A stretch of DNA of 64,000 nucleotides, taken from contig OZ024740.1 of assembly GCA_964016885.1 (NCBI GenBank), positions 318,370,001 to 318,434,000 on the forward strand. Direction: 5' to 3'. The notes under the pieces were generated by a model that was not told the DNA's origin, did not search any database, and was given only the letters and a program-made list of their open reading frames with translations. This stretch comes from Eledone cirrhosa (taxonomy: Eukaryota). Every line of letters starts with the position of its first letter. The first letter of the stretch is position 1. The position numbers and the translations under genes are program-made. Shown one piece after another: positions 59,401-64,000 of this stretch.

Positions 59401-60941
59401 TTCCACAACTTACATTCGATCTGATATTCGAACGACTCTACCAATTTGAAGTCTTTCTACTACAATACTAACAACAAATAATCCAGTATTGTCTCCCCTT
59501 TTTTCACAACTTACATTCTATCTGACATTCAAACGACTCTATCAATTCGAAGTCTTTATACTACAATACTAACGTCAAGTAATCCAGGATTGTCTCGTCC
59601 ATATCCACAACTTACATTCTATCTGACATTCTAACAACTCTACCAATTCGAAGTCTATCTACTACAGTACTAACAACAAATAATCCATGATTATATCGTC
59701 TATTTCCACAACTTACATTCTATCTGATATTCTAACGACACTACCAATTCGCTGTATTTCTACTACAATACTAACTTCAAATAATCCAGGATTGTCTCAT
59801 CTATTTCCACAACTTACATTCTATCTGATATTCGAACGACTCTACCAATTCGAAGTCTTTGTACTACAATACTAACAACAAATAATGCAGGATTGTCTCG
59901 TCTATTTCCACAACTTACATTCTATCTGACATTCTAACGACTCTACCAATTCGAAGTCTTTCTATTACAATACTCACAACAAATAATCCAGGATTGTCTC
60001 GTCTATTTCCACAACTTACATTCTACCTGACATCCTAACGACTCTACGAATTCGAAGTCTTTCTACTACAATACTCACAACAAATAATCCAGGATTGTCT
60101 CGTCTATGTCCACAACTTACATTCTATCTGACATTCTAACGACTCAACCAATTCGAAGTTTTTCTACTACAATACTCACAACAAATAATCCAGGAATGTC
60201 TCGTCTATTTCCACACCTTACATTCTATCTGACATTCTAAGGACTCTACCCATTCGCTGTATTTCTACTACAATACTAACTTCAAATAATCCAGGAATGT
60301 CTCGTCTACTTCCACAACTTACATTGTATCTGACATTCTAACGACTCTACCAATTCGAAGTCTTTCTACTACAATACTAACTTTAAACAATCCAGGATTG
60401 TCTCCTCTATTTCCACAACTTACATTCTATCTGACATTCTAACGACTCTACCAATTCGAAGTTTTTCTACTACAATACTCACAACAAATAATCCAAGATT
60501 GTCTCGTCTATTTCCACAACTTAAATTCTATCTGACATTCTAACGACTCTACCAATTCGAAGTCTATCTATTACAGTACTAACAACAAATAATCCAGGAT
60601 TCTATCGTCTATTTCCACAACTTACATTCTATCTGATATTCTAACGACTCTACCAATTCGCTGTATTTCTACTACAATACTAACTTCAAATAATCCAGGA
60701 TTGTCTCATCTATTTCCACAACTTACATTCTATGTGACATTCAAAGGACTCTATCAATTCGAAGTCTTTCTACAACAATACTAACGTCAAATAATCCAGG
60801 ATAGTCACGTCTTTCCACAACTTACATTCTATCTGACATTCTAACGACTCTACCAATTCGAAGTATTTCTACTACAATACTAACAACAAATAATCTAGGA
60901 TTGTCTCGTCTATTTACACAACTTACATTCTATCTGACATT
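54721..60941. repeat. Tandem duplication of a 31-monomer unit (3129 bp) overlapping the second 33-mer copy
   Basis: ORF starts 56558/59687, TCGTCTATGTCC 56971/60100, AGGACTCTACCC 57111/60240. Confidence 0.92.
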
Positions 60942-61539
60942 TTAACGACTCTACCAATTCGAAGTTTTTCTACTACAATACTCACAACAAATATTCAAGG
61001 ATTGTATCGTCTATTTCCACAACTTACATTCTATATGACATTCTAACGACTCTACCAATTCGACTTCTTTGTACTACAATACTAACAACAAATAATGCAG
61101 GATTGTCTCGTCTATTTCCACAACTTACATTCTATCTGACATTCTAACGACTCTATCAATTCGAAGTCTTTCTACTACAATACTCACAACAAATAATCCA
61201 GGATTGTCTCGTCTATTTCCACAACTTACATTCTATCTGACATTCTAACGACTCTACCAATTCGAAGTTTTTCTACTTCAATACTCACAACAAATAATCA
61301 AGGATCGTATCGTCTATTTCCACAACGTACATTCTATCTGACATTCTAACGACTCTACCAATTCGAAATCTTTCTACTACAATACTCACAACAATTAATC
61401 CAGGAATGTCTCGTCTATTTCCACACCTTACATTCTATCTGACATTCTAACGACTCTACCCATTAGCTGTATTTCTACTACAATACTAACTTCATATAAT
61501 CCAGGATTGTCTCGTCTACTTCCACAACTTACATTGTAT

Positions 61540-62290
61540 CTGACATTCTAACGAGTCTACCATTTCGCTGTATTTCTACTACAATACTCACAACAAATAA
61601 ACCAGGATTGTCTCGTCTATTTCCACAACATACATTCTATCTGACATTCTAACGACTCTACCAATTCGCTGTCTTTCTACTACAATACTCAACAAATAAT
61701 CCAGCACTGTCTCGTCTATTTACACAACTTACATTCTATCTGACATTCTAACGACTCTACCAATTCGAAGTCTTTCTACTACAATACTCACAACAAATAA
61801 TCCAGGATTGTCTCGTCTATTTCCACAACTTACATTCTATCTGACATTCAAACGACTCTATCAATTCGAAGTCTTTCTACTACAATACTAACTTTAAACA
61901 ATCCAGGATTGTCTCCTCTATTTCCACAACTTACATTATATCTGACATTCTAACGAGTCTACCATTTCGCTGTATTTCTACTACAATACTCACAACAAAT
62001 AAACCAGGATTGTCTCGTCTATTTCCACAACATACATTCTATCTGACATTCTAACGACTCTACCAATTCGCTGTCTTTCTACTACAATACTCAACAAATA
62101 ATCCAGCACTGTCTCGTCTATTTCCACAACTTACATTCTATCTGACATTCTAACGACTCTACCAATTCGAAGTCTTTCTACTACAATACTCACAACAAAT
62201 AATCCAGGATTGTCTCGTCTATTTCCACAACTTACATTCTATCTGACATTCAAACGACTCTATCAATTCGAAGTCTTTCTACTACAATAC
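61540..62290. repeat. 4-monomer duplication (402 bp)
   Basis: CATTTCGCTG 61561/61963 and CCAGCACTG 61701/62103. Confidence 0.85.
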
Positions 62291-62459
62291 TAACGTCATA
62301 TAATCCAGGATTGTCTCGTCTATTTCCACAACTTACATTCTATCTGACATTCTAACGACTCTACCAATTCGAAGTTTTTCTACTCCAATACTCACAACAA
62401 ATAATCAAGGATTGTATCTTCTATTTCCACAACGTACATTCTATCTGACATTTTAACGA

Positions 62460-62890
62460 CTCTACCAATTCGAAGTCTTTCTACTACAATACTCACAACA
62501 ATTAATCCAGGAATGTCTCGTCTATTTCCACACCTTACATTCTATGTAACATTCTAACGACTCGACCCATTCGCTGTATTTCTACTACAATACTAACTTC
62601 AAATATTCCAGGATTGTCTCGTCTACTTCCACAACTTACATTGTATCTGATATTCTAACGACTCTACCAATTCGAAGTCTTTCTACTACAATACTCACAA
62701 CAATTAATCCAGGAATGTCTCGTCTATTTCCACACCTTACATTCTATGTAACATTCTAACGACTCTACCCATTCGCTGTATTTCTACTACAATACTAACT
62801 TCAAATATTCCAGGATTGTCTCGTCTACTTCCACAACTTACATTGTATCTGATATTCTAACGACTCTACCAATTCGAAGTCTTTCTACTA
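62460..62890. repeat. 2-monomer duplication (202 bp)
   Basis: TCTATGTAAC 62541/62743 and AAATATTCC 62601/62803. Confidence 0.85.
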
Positions 62891-64000
62891 CAATACTAAC
62901 GTCAAATAATCCAGGATTGTCTCCTCTATTTCCACAACTTACATTCTATCTCACATTCCAACGAGTCTACCAATTCGCTGTATTTCTAATACAATACTCA
63001 CAACAAATAAACCAGGATTGTCTCGTCTATTTCCACAACTTACATTCTACCTGACATCCTAACGACTCTACGAATTCGAAGTCTTTCTACTACAATACTC
63101 ACAACAAATAATCCAGGATTGTCTCGTCTATTTCCACAACTTACATTCTATCTGACATTCTAACGACTCTACCAATTCGAAGTCATTCTACTACAATACT
63201 CACAACAATTAATCCAGGAATGTCTCGTCTATTTCCACACCTTACATTCTATCTGACATTCTAACGACTCTACCCATTCGCTGTATTTCTACTACAATAC
63301 TAACTTCAAATAATCCAGGAATGTCTCGTCTACTTCCACAACTTACATTGTATCTGACATTCTAACGACTCTACCAATTCGAAGTCTTTCTACTACAATA
63401 CTAACTTTAAACAATCCAGGATTGTCTCCTCTATTTCCGCAACTTACATTTTATCTGACATTCTAACGACTCTACCAATTCGATTTCTTTCTACTACAAT
63501 ACTCACAACAAATAATCCAGGATTGTCTCGTCTATTTCCACAACTTACATTCTATCTGACATTCAAACGACTCTATCAATTCGAAGTCTTTCTACTACAA
63601 TACTAACGTCAAATAATCCAGGAATGTCTCGTCCATTTCCATAACTTACATTCTATCTGACATTCTAACGACTCTACCAATTCGAAGTCTATCTATTACA
63701 ATAATAACAACAAATAATCTAGGATTGTCTCGTCTATTTCCACAACTTACATTCTATCTGACATTCTAACGACTCTACCAATTCGAAGTTTTTCTACTAC
63801 AATACTCACAACAAATAATCCAAGATTGTCTCGTCTATTTCCACAACTTAAATTCTATCTGACATTCTAACGACTCTACCAATTCGAAGTCTATCTATTA
63901 CAGTACTAACAACAAATAATCCAGGATTCTATCGTCTATTTCCACAACTTACATTCTATCTGATATTCTAACGACTCTACCAATTCGCTGTATTTCTACT

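Larger units (their letters stand above)
1..64000. repeat. Tandem satellite DNA array, 101-bp monomer, ~634 head-to-tail copies; runs off both window ends
   Basis: The motif CAGGATTG recurs at 131, 232, 333 and onward (period 101). Spacings between copies of the same variant in the ORF track are exact multiples of 101 (7979=79x101, 6767=67x101, 3636=36x101, 5252=52x101, 2121=21x101) or a few bp short where deleted monomers intervene. No non-monomer sequence was seen. Confidence 0.99.

Noticed and set aside
5580-59875. Fourteen 62-75 aa ORFs (MILSSISTTY...)
   Set aside because: They arise where a CCAGGA>CCATGA variant creates an ATG (or an alternative start is called) and about two monomers lack a stop. 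The period of 101 is not a multiple of 3, no domain is recognisable, and their recurrence simply tracks array duplication.
1-64000. CRISPR array or repeat-spacer system
   Set aside because: There are no unique spacers, since the whole 101-bp unit is repeated with only point variants. No leader or cas genes are present.
1-64000. Giant repetitive protein gene
   Set aside because: The frame shifts with every monomer, stops are frequent, and the ORF track shows nothing longer than 75 aa and nothing on the minus strand.
1-64000. Canonical telomere repeats or G-quadruplex motifs
   Set aside because: No TTAGG, TTAGGG or TTTAGGG arrays are present, and consensus G-runs on either strand are at most 2.
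1-64000. A single regular HOR period for the whole window
   Set aside because: Marker spacings vary (29, 63, 79, 67, 36, 52, 21, 24, 43, 91 and 31 monomers), and no large unit repeats more than 2-3 times.

Overview
The whole 64 kb window is one uninterrupted, head-to-tail tandem satellite array. The monomer is 101 bp, with about 634 copies, all in the same orientation. Consensus read by eye: TTTCTACTACAATACTCACAACAAATAATCCAGGATTGTCTCGTCTATTTCCACAACTTACATTCTATCTGACATTCTAACGACTCTACCAATTCGAAGTC (about 36% GC; 28 C versus 8 G on the + strand). I see no genes, RNA genes, transposons, CRISPR spacers or inversions, and the 14 listed ORFs are by-products of recurring monomer variants. The informative structure lies in the variants. 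There is no single fixed higher-order repeat (HOR). Instead there are nested, near-identical block duplications of 2, 4, 11, 15, 18, 24, 28, 31, 33, 36/37 and 67-74 monomers, a conserved underlying order of about 10-11 monomer types, regional variant domains, and a ~27 kb stretch with no visible indel. This looks like eukaryotic centromeric, pericentromeric or (sub)telomeric satellite DNA. I cannot name the family or the organism from the sequence alone. All offsets were obtained by manually matching rare variants, so block boundaries are approximate.
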